In this document: positions 19,136-28,400 of the stretch, piece by piece
How the letters are laid out: each line of letters begins with the position of its first letter
How positions within the stretch are numbered: the first letter of the stretch is position 1
Sequence record: NC_048196.1
DNA length: 64,000 bases
DNA from: Escherichia phage vB_EcoM_Schickermooser
Strand: one strand, 5' to 3'
Position numbers and translations under genes: made by a program
Notes under the pieces: model-generated
What the model was told of the DNA's origin: nothing
The model's database searches: none
What the model saw: only the letters and a program-made list of their open reading frames with translations

Positions 19136-20622
19136 TGGATGAATATGGTTTGACAGATGCGGGATTTGTAATCCCGACTTTTGACGATGTTCTAAACAAC
19201 TATATGACAGCAGTAAAAAACACATTTGGTGCAGATGCAGCCACTTCGGAAGATACTGTGATCGGACAACTGTTTAGAATAATTGCATACACAGATTACA
19301 CATTGTGGGAAGGTATGCAAGGTGTTTATAATACTCAAACACTGGATGGTGCAGAAGGTATTTATCTTGATGAAATCTTTTCTAAACGCGGTTTCTATCG
19401 AGCAGGGGCAGCAGCAAGTACAGGTTATGCCTATGTTAAGAGTAATAACAAAGCAGCTTGGACTTATGAGTTAGGCACGGATATTTACTTCAACTCTGAT
19501 AGTGATATGAACTACTATGTTAGCACACCAACTATGTTGAATGCTAAGATTGCAGCTTATCAAATCTCTCGTGCTAATGCAACTGCTACAGGTGTTCCAA
19601 ATATTACTTTTTATGCACAAAGTGCGGTGGATGGAGGACTAAACAGTAAAACACTTGCACCTGGTTCTTCTACATTTATAACCGATCTTGAAACTTTTAT
19701 CAAGGCGAATTTAACAGAAGCTGATCGTAGTCTTGTATTTTCTGATTCAGGTAACTTATCAATTGGTTTTACTTCTTTAACCAGTGATACTCCAGTGGGG
19801 CTGGTAACTCCTATTAAATTTTATGCTAGTGTTCCGGTTGGAACCAAGTGGAGTGAGATTCCGGTAGTTGCAGCAGAGAAAGGATACAATCCTGTTGGTG
19901 TGGAGTCTATTACAGGGATATCTTCTACCTTTACAGGTTATCTTGATAGTGGTAACTTCTATTCATTTTCCCCTGGTCGAGATGTTGAGACAGACGCAGA
20001 ATTCCGCTCTCGTTTCAATGACAACGTTGACGAAGCTAACGCAGGGACACGAGCAGCTATTGTGAAAGCTCTGCTACTTACAGATGGTGTTACTAAGGTG
20101 AAGATTTATGATAACCCTACATTACATGATCAAGAACATGCTCCAGCTATGACTTTCCAGACTATAGTTTATGGTGGCAGTGCAGAAGAAATTGCAAATG
20201 TTATCTATAAAACCAAACCAATCAACACTTTGACACACGGAACAACAAACATAACAGTTACAACAGAAGATGGAGGACAAGAAATTATTCGCTTCTCTCC
20301 TGGTGCTTCTGCTATGTATTCCGTAAAACTTGTTTATCAAACTGTCAACGGAACAACTTTAAGTGGAACAGAAAAACAAAACATCGTAGAAGCTTTACAA
20401 AACCTGCAAGCTTACTTTGAGTTAGGTTCTTCAGTAACGAACGATCAAATCAAAGGTGTTATTTATGCAGCACTTGCTTTTGGACGCTTGACTTCTCTTC
20501 GTGTTTATGTTAAACTTAATACTGAGGATGACAGTAAATATACAGAGAATAATATAGTTCCTGCTTATAATGTTGTCCCTTCTTTTGACCTTGATAACAT
20601 TTCTTACGAGTATGGAGTGTAA
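19135..20622 (+). CDS. baseplate protein (gpJ/gp6-like candidate)
   Basis: 495 aa, followed by gpI-like, fiber and fiber-assembly genes (P2/Mu-like J-I-H-G order). Confidence 0.5.
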   Translation: MDEYGLTDAGFVIPTFDDVLNNYMTAVKNTFGADAATSEDTVIGQLFRIIAYTDYTLWEGMQGVYNTQTLDGAEGIYLDEIFSKRGFYRAGAAASTGYAYVKSNNKAAWTYELGTDIYFNSDSDMNYYVSTPTMLNAKIAAYQISRANATATGVPNITFYAQSAVDGGLNSKTLAPGSSTFITDLETFIKANLTEADRSLVFSDSGNLSIGFTSLTSDTPVGLVTPIKFYASVPVGTKWSEIPVVAAEKGYNPVGVESITGISSTFTGYLDSGNFYSFSPGRDVETDAEFRSRFNDNVDEANAGTRAAIVKALLLTDGVTKVKIYDNPTLHDQEHAPAMTFQTIVYGGSAEEIANVIYKTKPINTLTHGTTNITVTTEDGGQEIIRFSPGASAMYSVKLVYQTVNGTTLSGTEKQNIVEALQNLQAYFELGSSVTNDQIKGVIYAALAFGRLTSLRVYVKLNTEDDSKYTENNIVPAYNVVPSFDLDNISYEYGV

Positions 20623-20624
20623 AA

Positions 20625-21254
20625 ATGGCAGTGAGTGTTGACCATGTAACAACTTGGGCCAGTATCAATGAAGACGTTAAAAACCTTCTGATTGAAGATT
20701 TTAAATCTTCTCCTAACATTGTCAAGCTCCTCTACATCGTATCCAGTGAAAAGCAAAAGATAGATCAGGCAATGATCTATCTTGCTAAACACCGCTTGAT
20801 CTCCACAGCCACAGGCAAATACCTAGATATCTTAGGAGAAGAAATGGGGATCGAACGTAATGGCTCTGATGATGAAGAGTATAGAACAATATTAAAAATC
20901 AGGGCTTACCGCGTAGCCTCATCGGGGACTCGTGGTGACATAATTGATATCTTCGCCCGTTTCACAGGAACAGAGCGTGAAACGCTTAATACTTACGTAG
21001 GTTTGAATAAAACCTTTGATGTGTTTTTCTACAACCTGTGTCTTCAATCTGATCAAGCTTTAGAGCAGTTGCTAAGTGTTTTCCCTATTATTAGTAGCTA
21101 CCGTCTTGGAGCAAAAGCAGGATCAGCTTTTGGTTTTAGTTCTTATTATGCTACCAAACCGCCTCATGGTATTGGTGGTTTAGGTTCCCTGTACATGGAA
21201 TCTACTGGGGATGAAACAGGACGCATGTGTACGCTTCTCAAGCAAATAGATTAA
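20625..21254 (+). CDS. baseplate/tail protein (gpI-like candidate)
   Basis: 209 aa between J-like gene and tail fiber. Confidence 0.4.
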   Translation: MAVSVDHVTTWASINEDVKNLLIEDFKSSPNIVKLLYIVSSEKQKIDQAMIYLAKHRLISTATGKYLDILGEEMGIERNGSDDEEYRTILKIRAYRVASSGTRGDIIDIFARFTGTERETLNTYVGLNKTFDVFFYNLCLQSDQALEQLLSVFPIISSYRLGAKAGSAFGFSSYYATKPPHGIGGLGSLYMESTGDETGRMCTLLKQID

Positions 21255-21263
21255 GGAGTTTAA

Positions 21264-22325
21264 ATGGCGAAGCCAATATATTATCCTGACTGGGCTACAC
21301 AAACTGTAACGCTCCCAGGAACTTTAAACACAAACAAAATTAGACCTAAAGAAACCATCCGCACAGTTGGTATGGATTATGGTCAAATCATGACTTGCGA
21401 AGAAATGAACTGGATTCTTAATAATATCGGTTTATGGATTCGCTATTTGGTGGATGACTTTCTTCCAACTTTACCTAATACCTACTTGCCTTTAGTGGGA
21501 ACTAAGATTACAATGGCAGGTGATGCTACTGGTGAGGCTACTTGGAACGGTAACAAAGAAGTTACTTTATCTATCCAGGTTCAAGATAACAGTCATAATC
21601 ACTTGTCGGCAAACATTACGGATGCCACTAGTTCAACAGTAACACCAAACGTGTTGGTAAAACGTGATGCGGGTGGTGCTATTTATGGTGGTGATGTTTA
21701 TGTTAACGGTACTTCCACAACAGATCCTGCAACACTGTTCTTCAAAAACTTTGCAGGACAAACGAATGGTGAGATTTCTGCCGAGTATCAAAGCGGAGGT
21801 CAGCTTTACATCTACCGTAGAAATCCTAGCACAGGTAGTGTATCGGCAGGTGTTCGTTTATATGATGCAGGTTATGTTCTAATAGATAATCCAAGATCAA
21901 ACAGTGGACAAGACACTTCTAACGGAAATGCTTTAGTTCGTTTAGATTATCTGAACTCTCGTTTGACTTCCCTTCAGAACACATTGCAGACGAATATTAA
22001 CACTGTTCAAAACAACTTGAATAATGTTAACAACAACCTCTCTTCTCGTATAAACAATGTAGAAAGTAATCATCAAAGTCAGATTACAAATAACTACAAC
22101 TATGCTAACGGAACCTTTGTAAGAGATATTCGTTATACTAGCCAAGGTGTGTATTATCCACCAGGGAACGAGGTTTCTTGGACTTATATCTGTTCTTCTG
22201 GTTATGTTCTTTCTGGTATTATCGTACAGGAAACAGGACGTAGCTCTGCGGATAACATCGGTGGGGTTTACTTCAAACGCCTCCAGCGCAACGTTAACGG
22301 AAACTGGTACGATATTGGAGGCTAA
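21264..22325 (+). CDS. tail fiber protein
   Basis: 353 aa; N/Q/T-rich heptad-like stretch (NTLQTNINTVQNNLNNVNNNLSSRINNVESNH); followed by assembly chaperone. Confidence 0.6.
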   Translation: MAKPIYYPDWATQTVTLPGTLNTNKIRPKETIRTVGMDYGQIMTCEEMNWILNNIGLWIRYLVDDFLPTLPNTYLPLVGTKITMAGDATGEATWNGNKEVTLSIQVQDNSHNHLSANITDATSSTVTPNVLVKRDAGGAIYGGDVYVNGTSTTDPATLFFKNFAGQTNGEISAEYQSGGQLYIYRRNPSTGSVSAGVRLYDAGYVLIDNPRSNSGQDTSNGNALVRLDYLNSRLTSLQNTLQTNINTVQNNLNNVNNNLSSRINNVESNHQSQITNNYNYANGTFVRDIRYTSQGVYYPPGNEVSWTYICSSGYVLSGIIVQETGRSSADNIGGVYFKRLQRNVNGNWYDIGG

Positions 22326-22871
22326 ATGATATTTACAAACTTTAAAAAATATATTCCTGAAGACCCTGAACTAAAAGAATTGGTAGAAGCAGAGAACATT
22401 CTTTTTCTTCGTTGCGATCAAGGTTACGATTGGTATGATTTACGTAGCACAGAATTCAATAACGATAAAATGAAAGTCGTTTTTGATGATCAAAATCGTA
22501 TTGTGTTTTGGAATACTGATCCTACACTACTTTGCCCTGAAGATCTTTCTATAGCACAAGTAGACTTTAACATAGATACTTTTGAGGATATTAGGAACAA
22601 GGTTCTGGATTTAGAAACCTTAACTCTTAAGAATAAAGAGTATTCCCGTGAAGAGTTGATGACACAAGCTAGTGCAAAAATTCGCTCTTTACAAGAAACA
22701 GCGGTAGCACTTATAACACCTTTACAGTATGCTAAAGATTTAGAAATGGCTACTGAAGACGAATTAGCTTATCTTAAAAATCTTCAAGTTTATGTAGTTA
22801 AACTAAATCGTGTTCCGCTTCAAAAAGACTATCCTTACGCTATAGATTGGCCTACATTACCGACAGAATAA
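22326..22871 (+). CDS. tail fiber assembly protein
   Basis: 181 aa immediately downstream of fiber gene; conserved-looking C-terminal region (YPYAIDWPTLP). Confidence 0.5.
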   Translation: MIFTNFKKYIPEDPELKELVEAENILFLRCDQGYDWYDLRSTEFNNDKMKVVFDDQNRIVFWNTDPTLLCPEDLSIAQVDFNIDTFEDIRNKVLDLETLTLKNKEYSREELMTQASAKIRSLQETAVALITPLQYAKDLEMATEDELAYLKNLQVYVVKLNRVPLQKDYPYAIDWPTLPTE

Positions 22872-22880
22872 GGGATCACT

Positions 22881-23216
22881 ATGGAATTTCAAGAAGCATG
22901 GGGACTTGCAAAGGATGCAATAATCCCTTTAATCGGAGTCATCTGGTTCTTTTTCAAACAAAAAATGGATAAATTCGGCTCTGATCTTGAGGAAATGGAG
23001 GAGAAAAGTCGAGAGCTAGAGAAGAAGTTGGTCTTTGTTGAATCAACTTATGCAACTAAAGCCGAACTTACCCAGATGCTAAATCAAATTAACTCTACAT
23101 TAATGGCAAATAATAACACCCTTGAGCAAAAAATTGAAAAGATTATGGACCTCAAGAATGCGACTATCCAAATGATGCTAGATGACATAGTTAAACGTAC
23201 ACAGAATAAGGGGTAA
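22881..23216 (+). CDS. membrane-anchored coiled-coil protein
   Basis: N-terminal hydrophobic segment (IIPLIGVIWFFF) followed by charged helical region. Confidence 0.4.
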   Translation: MEFQEAWGLAKDAIIPLIGVIWFFFKQKMDKFGSDLEEMEEKSRELEKKLVFVESTYATKAELTQMLNQINSTLMANNNTLEQKIEKIMDLKNATIQMMLDDIVKRTQNKG

Positions 23217-23219
23217 TTA

Positions 23220-26200
23220 ATGGCAACATTCCCAACATATCCAGCAACGTCTCTCGAACAGGGCGTAGACCTGGTTATTTTCTCATCTAACCAACTCCAT
23301 GATGTTATTAATGGAAGTGCTACAGAGAGTATTGAAACAGAATCAGGGTTGATACCAACCCTGAGAAAAGCCCTTGTTGACAACTTTTTCTTTAAAAGCC
23401 CATTGGATTGGGCGCAAGGCACAAACGAAACAGTTTTTAACCAACTACGTTATTTTCAGAATGGGGTATTGAGCGGTTATTATTATGCTCCTAATGCTAC
23501 ATTGGTAAACCCAATCCCTATGCAAGGTACTCCAGTAGGAGATAACAACTGGGTATTGTGGGGATTGAAGACAGAACAATTGGCAACAGAAGTCACACCT
23601 TGGGTATATTCTGGTGCAACGGGTTATGAAACAGTAATTAGTCCTCCTTACATCTTTGATAGTGCTATTGTTACGATCAATGGTGTTATTCAGGTTCTGG
23701 GGGAAGCTTTCCGTATAGAAGATAGTAAGATCATCTTATCTGAACCTTTGGGACACGATCCTGCAACAGGACTGCCAAACAAACTTTTTGCTTATATTGG
23801 CAAAATCGTAGCTTCAGCAGATACAGATCCTAATCTAGAGAACCGTCTTGTTAGTTTAGAAACAAAAACGGAAGAACTAACAGAAAGTATGGATAAAGTC
23901 CCTCTGCAAACTATTGCTCGTAAGTATGGTTTGTTAGATGATGAGGTGGCTTACGCAACAGCAGGTCAATCGTTAACAGGGATTAAAGCTCTATATGATC
24001 CGGTAGCGCAGTCTTCCTACACATTACCTCCTAACATTACAGGCACTTTAACATCCCTGTCTGTTTCTGGAGTAATGACTTATTCTGGAGGATCTGTAGA
24101 CCTTTCTGCACTGGCTGTTGAGCGTGGACAGTTTGTTCATTTGCCTACAAGCTTTGGTAATAATGTAACTCTGACAGCTAAAAATCAGACGATTGGACGT
24201 GGCGCTGGTCGTTATCGTTGGGCTGGAAGTTTACCAAAAAGTATTTTGGCTTCTGATACATTGGAGACGAGCGGAGGATTAGGTCCAAATGCATGGGTTC
24301 TGACTAATACAGAAGGACTGTTAACCCCTCGTGGTGGAACATACAACGATTTATTCGATGTTGTCTACTTGTCCGAATTTGCTAACAATACAACTACCTA
24401 TACCACACCAGAAGCAGCTTTCCAGGCGGCACTGTTAGCAGCAAAAGCTTCGAAAAGCAAGATTCTCGATGCTTACGGTTGCGATATGACTTTCACGACA
24501 AGCTCTTTTGATATTCAAGGTATCACTTTGCGTGGGGGTGTGTTCCGTGGTCAACGCGACTATCGTGTGCAAAATGCTACGGTAGAAGGCACAACTTTCC
24601 GTAACTCTCGTGTTATGTATTGGGGTGGTGCTGTGCGCATGTTCGATTGTTTATGGGATGGTGCTCCTCGCGCAGGTCAAGTTGGTAGCTTGGTATTCCA
24701 AGGCAACCCAATATCAGGTACTTTTGAAATTGATAATTGTACTTTTAAAAACGGGTTATATGGCATTCTTCAACAAGGAACAGGGGAACCAGTAACACGT
24801 GGTGTCTTCCGTAACCTTACCTTCATGGACATGCAAGGTGATGCAATAGAACTGAACGTCATCAATAAACATTATGACGATGGTTGTGTGATTGAGAATA
24901 TTTACCTGTCTAATATCGATGGAACTAATGCTCCTATTCCTCTGTCGAACTGGGGTATCGGTATCGGTGTAGCTGGTAAAGGACCATATGGTTACGGAAT
25001 TCCTGATGATCAATATTGCAAGAATATTACAATTCGTAACGTTTTTGCAAAACGTTGCCGTCAGATTGTCCACGTAGAAGTTGGTCGTAATATTTCTATC
25101 GAAAACATTCATGGCGATCCAGATCAAACCGTATCTGTTGGGACAGGTTTGGCAACTGGCGCAGTTGTAATGTATGGAAGTAAAGATTTTACGATTGACG
25201 GTGTTTATGGAGAGCCTAAAACAGACGGTAGCACACTTGCAAGTAATATCCGTATGATTTATTTGGAGTGGGGAACTAACGCAGTTCTGGACGAAGAGGG
25301 TAATCCGGTAGTTCCGGCACAGGGTAGACCTTCAAACCCATGTTTTAACTATTCTGTTCGTAACATTCACACCAAAACTGGGCGTGTTTTTGCGGGAGTT
25401 TCCGCTGGGCCAGGTTATGAAAACAGAGTTAGCTTTGAAAATATTCGTTGCGCTGCATTGCAGTTGTTCGGTATAGCTTCTTGGCTTTCAATGTCTAACA
25501 TCACCTGTAATATCTTCGATTGTGTTGGTCAACCTGAATCTGGTCCAGGAACATTTTATGATGGATTCTTCCGTAGAGAAAAATCTGTTCTTGAAATGGT
25601 TAACGTAAACTGTTACCCAGATGGCAAGACGATGGTTACTGGTCGTCCACAGTGGAGCCGTTGCCGTTACTCGGATATTCATCGTGTCAACTGTAATGTT
25701 GAAGCTAATATGTATACCAATATCGCAGGTGGTATTGGAGCTATTGTAGGGACAACGGGCAAAGTTTATTACTTAGAGCCTAATCCTAGTCGAAACATTG
25801 ATGGAATGCATTTCCCAACAGGGAAAGAGTTTGACAAAGGTGATATGATAGTCAAAGCGGATAATACGTTCTTCCTTGTAACAACAAGTGGGGCATATAT
25901 TCCAGATATCCCAGCTTTCGGTATTCGAGCTACACAGGCAGGAGATACCTTCCTGACACAGAACTTGACTCCTAACGGGACAGCAACAAATGCTTCTTGG
26001 TTGTATCATTACCCTCTGTCAGCAGGGACACGTATCCGTATTCCTGGTGCTGGCGTAGGTGGAGCAGATTTGGACACAGTTATTACTCGTGCACCTTATC
26101 AAGATAATGATACGTGGACTAACCCAGTTAAAATAGACATTGCAGATCCAATTGTAACGCCTACAAGTGCTGGAGTTAGAATTAAAACCATACCTAATGA

Positions 26201-26273
26201 TTCCAGTAATGTTTCTGTAGGTAATACTGCGGTTATTCGCCCAACGCCAGTAGTAGATGTGCCAACAACCTAA
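23220..26273 (+). CDS. tailspike protein with right-handed beta-helix (pectate-lyase-like) depolymerase domain
   Basis: 1017 aa; repetitive N/G/T-rich beta-helix-like segments (NCTFKNGLYGI, NITIRNVFAKRC, ISIENIHGD). Confidence 0.65.
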   Translation: MATFPTYPATSLEQGVDLVIFSSNQLHDVINGSATESIETESGLIPTLRKALVDNFFFKSPLDWAQGTNETVFNQLRYFQNGVLSGYYYAPNATLVNPIPMQGTPVGDNNWVLWGLKTEQLATEVTPWVYSGATGYETVISPPYIFDSAIVTINGVIQVLGEAFRIEDSKIILSEPLGHDPATGLPNKLFAYIGKIVASADTDPNLENRLVSLETKTEELTESMDKVPLQTIARKYGLLDDEVAYATAGQSLTGIKALYDPVAQSSYTLPPNITGTLTSLSVSGVMTYSGGSVDLSALAVERGQFVHLPTSFGNNVTLTAKNQTIGRGAGRYRWAGSLPKSILASDTLETSGGLGPNAWVLTNTEGLLTPRGGTYNDLFDVVYLSEFANNTTTYTTPEAAFQAALLAAKASKSKILDAYGCDMTFTTSSFDIQGITLRGGVFRGQRDYRVQNATVEGTTFRNSRVMYWGGAVRMFDCLWDGAPRAGQVGSLVFQGNPISGTFEIDNCTFKNGLYGILQQGTGEPVTRGVFRNLTFMDMQGDAIELNVINKHYDDGCVIENIYLSNIDGTNAPIPLSNWGIGIGVAGKGPYGYGIPDDQYCKNITIRNVFAKRCRQIVHVEVGRNISIENIHGDPDQTVSVGTGLATGAVVMYGSKDFTIDGVYGEPKTDGSTLASNIRMIYLEWGTNAVLDEEGNPVVPAQGRPSNPCFNYSVRNIHTKTGRVFAGVSAGPGYENRVSFENIRCAALQLFGIASWLSMSNITCNIFDCVGQPESGPGTFYDGFFRREKSVLEMVNVNCYPDGKTMVTGRPQWSRCRYSDIHRVNCNVEANMYTNIAGGIGAIVGTTGKVYYLEPNPSRNIDGMHFPTGKEFDKGDMIVKADNTFFLVTTSGAYIPDIPAFGIRATQAGDTFLTQNLTPNGTATNASWLYHYPLSAGTRIRIPGAGVGGADLDTVITRAPYQDNDTWTNPVKIDIADPIVTPTSAGVRIKTIPNDSSNVSVGNTAVIRPTPVVDVPTT

Positions 26274-26278
26274 TGGAA

Positions 26279-26304
26279 TAGAGGGGGATTCCCCCTCTTC
26301 TTCC
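26279..26304 (+). terminator. rho-independent terminator after tailspike
   Basis: GAGGGGG-ATT-CCCCCTC hairpin followed by TTCTTCC. Confidence 0.55.
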
Positions 26305-26334
26305 AATAGAATGGTCTAATGATAGGAGAGATAA

Positions 26335-28359
26335 ATGAATTTAACAAGACCTAATAGTGCGATAGCCGATCTGGTAGAAGCTACTTATCGAAAACGTCGC
26401 AGCTTTGAGGCAGGTTTTACATTACGTAATTCCCGTGAAGTTTTGCTGTTAGCAGCAGAAGGGAATTATTACCAATGGAAAGGAACTTTTCCTAAAGTGG
26501 TTCCAGCAAACTCTACGCCAGCCACCACAGGTGGTATTTCTTCCCTTGCATGGCAAAGTGTTGGGACCGCTGATGATATAGCAATTATCAATGCCAAGTT
26601 TACGGCAATGCAGCAACAAATTGATGATCTGTCGGAAACAATACCTGAAGCTGGTAAATCGGCTTATCAGATCGCACTTGATAATGGTTTTGTTGGAACA
26701 GAAGCACAGTGGCTTGCCTCTTTGAAAGGGGATACTGGTGCTCAACTTAATATTAAAGGATCATTAGCAAGTACTAGTGAACTACCATCCACAGGTAACG
26801 TTGCAGGGGATGGTTATATCGTAGGTGATGTAATCTACGCTTGGGATGGTTCTGTTTGGAAACTTATTTCTTCTCTTGGGCCAGAAGGTAAATCAGCTTA
26901 CGAGGTATGGTTGGCAGATGGTAATACAGGATCTGTTTATGATTTCCTTACCTCTATAAAAGGTGATAAAGGCGATGTTGGTCCTACAGGGCCACAGGGA
27001 GCACCTGGTGTTAACGCCAACGGTTTTGATTATCGTGGAGATTTGCCTTCTACAAGTAACTTACCACAACCTAACTCTGAAAACGTAAGCCAAGCTTATT
27101 CTATCAATGGAAATCTTTATGTCTCTAATGGGACAGCTTGGGTCAACATGGGTAATATTGTTGGTCCTCAAGGTCCACAAGGTGAGGCAGGTAAAGACGG
27201 TCTAGATGGAACAGATGGAGATGAAGGGAAATCTGCATATCAAAGTTGGCTGGATGCTGGTAATGAAGGGACAGAAGTAGATTTTATTGCCTCGCTTAAA
27301 GGTCCAAAAGGAGACAAGGGTGATCAAGGAGAGCAAGGTCCACAAGGTGAATTAGGTCCACAAGGACCAGTAGGTGCAACAGGATCAGGCTTAGAGATTA
27401 TCGGGGTTCTGAACAGCGAAGCTGAACTTCCTCCGACTGGAGAAGTAGGTGACGCATATAAAATTAATAATGATTTATATGTTTGGGTCCAAGATGCTAC
27501 GGAATGGATGAATGTTGGCAGTCTTGGAGGAACATCAATTACAGCTAAAGGTCATGTTCCGAACAGTGAAGCTCTCCCTGTTTACAATAACTATGGTGAT
27601 GCTTACTTAACTGAAGACACTAGTAATCTTTACATCTATACCTACGATCAAGACACCAATTCCGCATCTTTTGTTGACATGGGAAGTATTAAAGGCGACA
27701 AAGGTGAAAAAGGGGATAAAGGAGATAAGGGTGATCCTGGAACAAACGGAACCAACGGTACTGATGGGACCAACGGTAAGGATGGCGCACAGTGGTTTGT
27801 AGCAACAACTAATCCAGTCACAGGAGACGGTGTTATCAATGATTACGCCTTCAATACTACCACTGGAGCAGTATTTAAGAAAACAGATTCTTCTACGTGG
27901 ACACTTATAGGAACTCTTCCTAGTATACCAGAAGCCCCTCAAGACGGCTTGACGTATGGTCGTTCTGATGGAAACTGGATCGAACTATCAGGATCAGATC
28001 CTACGGAAGCTATAACACCAACTAGAGTTACAGCAGGTTTCATGGAACTTGAAACAACTACTGCCAACTCTGGAGCATCTTGGACTCCTTCTGGAACTTC
28101 CAATATGTATGTTGTTACAGTAACTGACGCTCTGACAGTTGGAGCATGGCCTGGTGTCACTGGCTCTACAAAACCTAAAGCGTTTTCAGCAATGATTTAT
28201 TTGATTCAAGATACAACGGGACACACGGTTACACTAGATGCGTCTTATGGAGCACTAAATGATACAGAAATAGCAACTACTGCTAACGCAGTAACAATTT
28301 TGCAATTAACGTATCCTGGTGTGGGTGATATCGTGGACATGGTTGTTGTAACACGATAA
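26335..28359 (+). CDS. tail fiber protein with collagen-like repeats and phage fiber repeats
   Basis: Multiple G-X-Y runs (GPQGPQGEAGKDGLDGTDGDEG; GDKGEKGDKGDKGDPGTNGTNGTDGTNGKDG); three copies of KSAY..WL..GN.G...DF..SLKG repeat. Confidence 0.75.
   Translation: MNLTRPNSAIADLVEATYRKRRSFEAGFTLRNSREVLLLAAEGNYYQWKGTFPKVVPANSTPATTGGISSLAWQSVGTADDIAIINAKFTAMQQQIDDLSETIPEAGKSAYQIALDNGFVGTEAQWLASLKGDTGAQLNIKGSLASTSELPSTGNVAGDGYIVGDVIYAWDGSVWKLISSLGPEGKSAYEVWLADGNTGSVYDFLTSIKGDKGDVGPTGPQGAPGVNANGFDYRGDLPSTSNLPQPNSENVSQAYSINGNLYVSNGTAWVNMGNIVGPQGPQGEAGKDGLDGTDGDEGKSAYQSWLDAGNEGTEVDFIASLKGPKGDKGDQGEQGPQGELGPQGPVGATGSGLEIIGVLNSEAELPPTGEVGDAYKINNDLYVWVQDATEWMNVGSLGGTSITAKGHVPNSEALPVYNNYGDAYLTEDTSNLYIYTYDQDTNSASFVDMGSIKGDKGEKGDKGDKGDPGTNGTNGTDGTNGKDGAQWFVATTNPVTGDGVINDYAFNTTTGAVFKKTDSSTWTLIGTLPSIPEAPQDGLTYGRSDGNWIELSGSDPTEAITPTRVTAGFMELETTTANSGASWTPSGTSNMYVVTVTDALTVGAWPGVTGSTKPKAFSAMIYLIQDTTGHTVTLDASYGALNDTEIATTANAVTILQLTYPGVGDIVDMVVVTR
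26959..27790 (+). repeat. collagen-like G-X-Y triplet repeat tracts (coding)
   Basis: Interrupted Gly-X-Y runs within fiber ORF. Confidence 0.7.
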
Positions 28360-28361
28360 CA

Positions 28362-28388
28362 GAAGCCCCGAAAGGGGCTTTCTTTTTA
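28362..28388 (+). terminator. rho-independent terminator after collagen-like fiber
   Basis: GAAGCCCC-GAAA-GGGGCTTT hairpin followed by TCTTTTTAT. Confidence 0.7.
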
Positions 28389-28400
28389 TGGAGGGTTTAA

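Noticed and set aside
27648-27839. Minus-strand ORF with SPLSPLSP repeats
   Set aside because: Mirror image of the collagen-like G-X-Y coding repeats on the plus strand.
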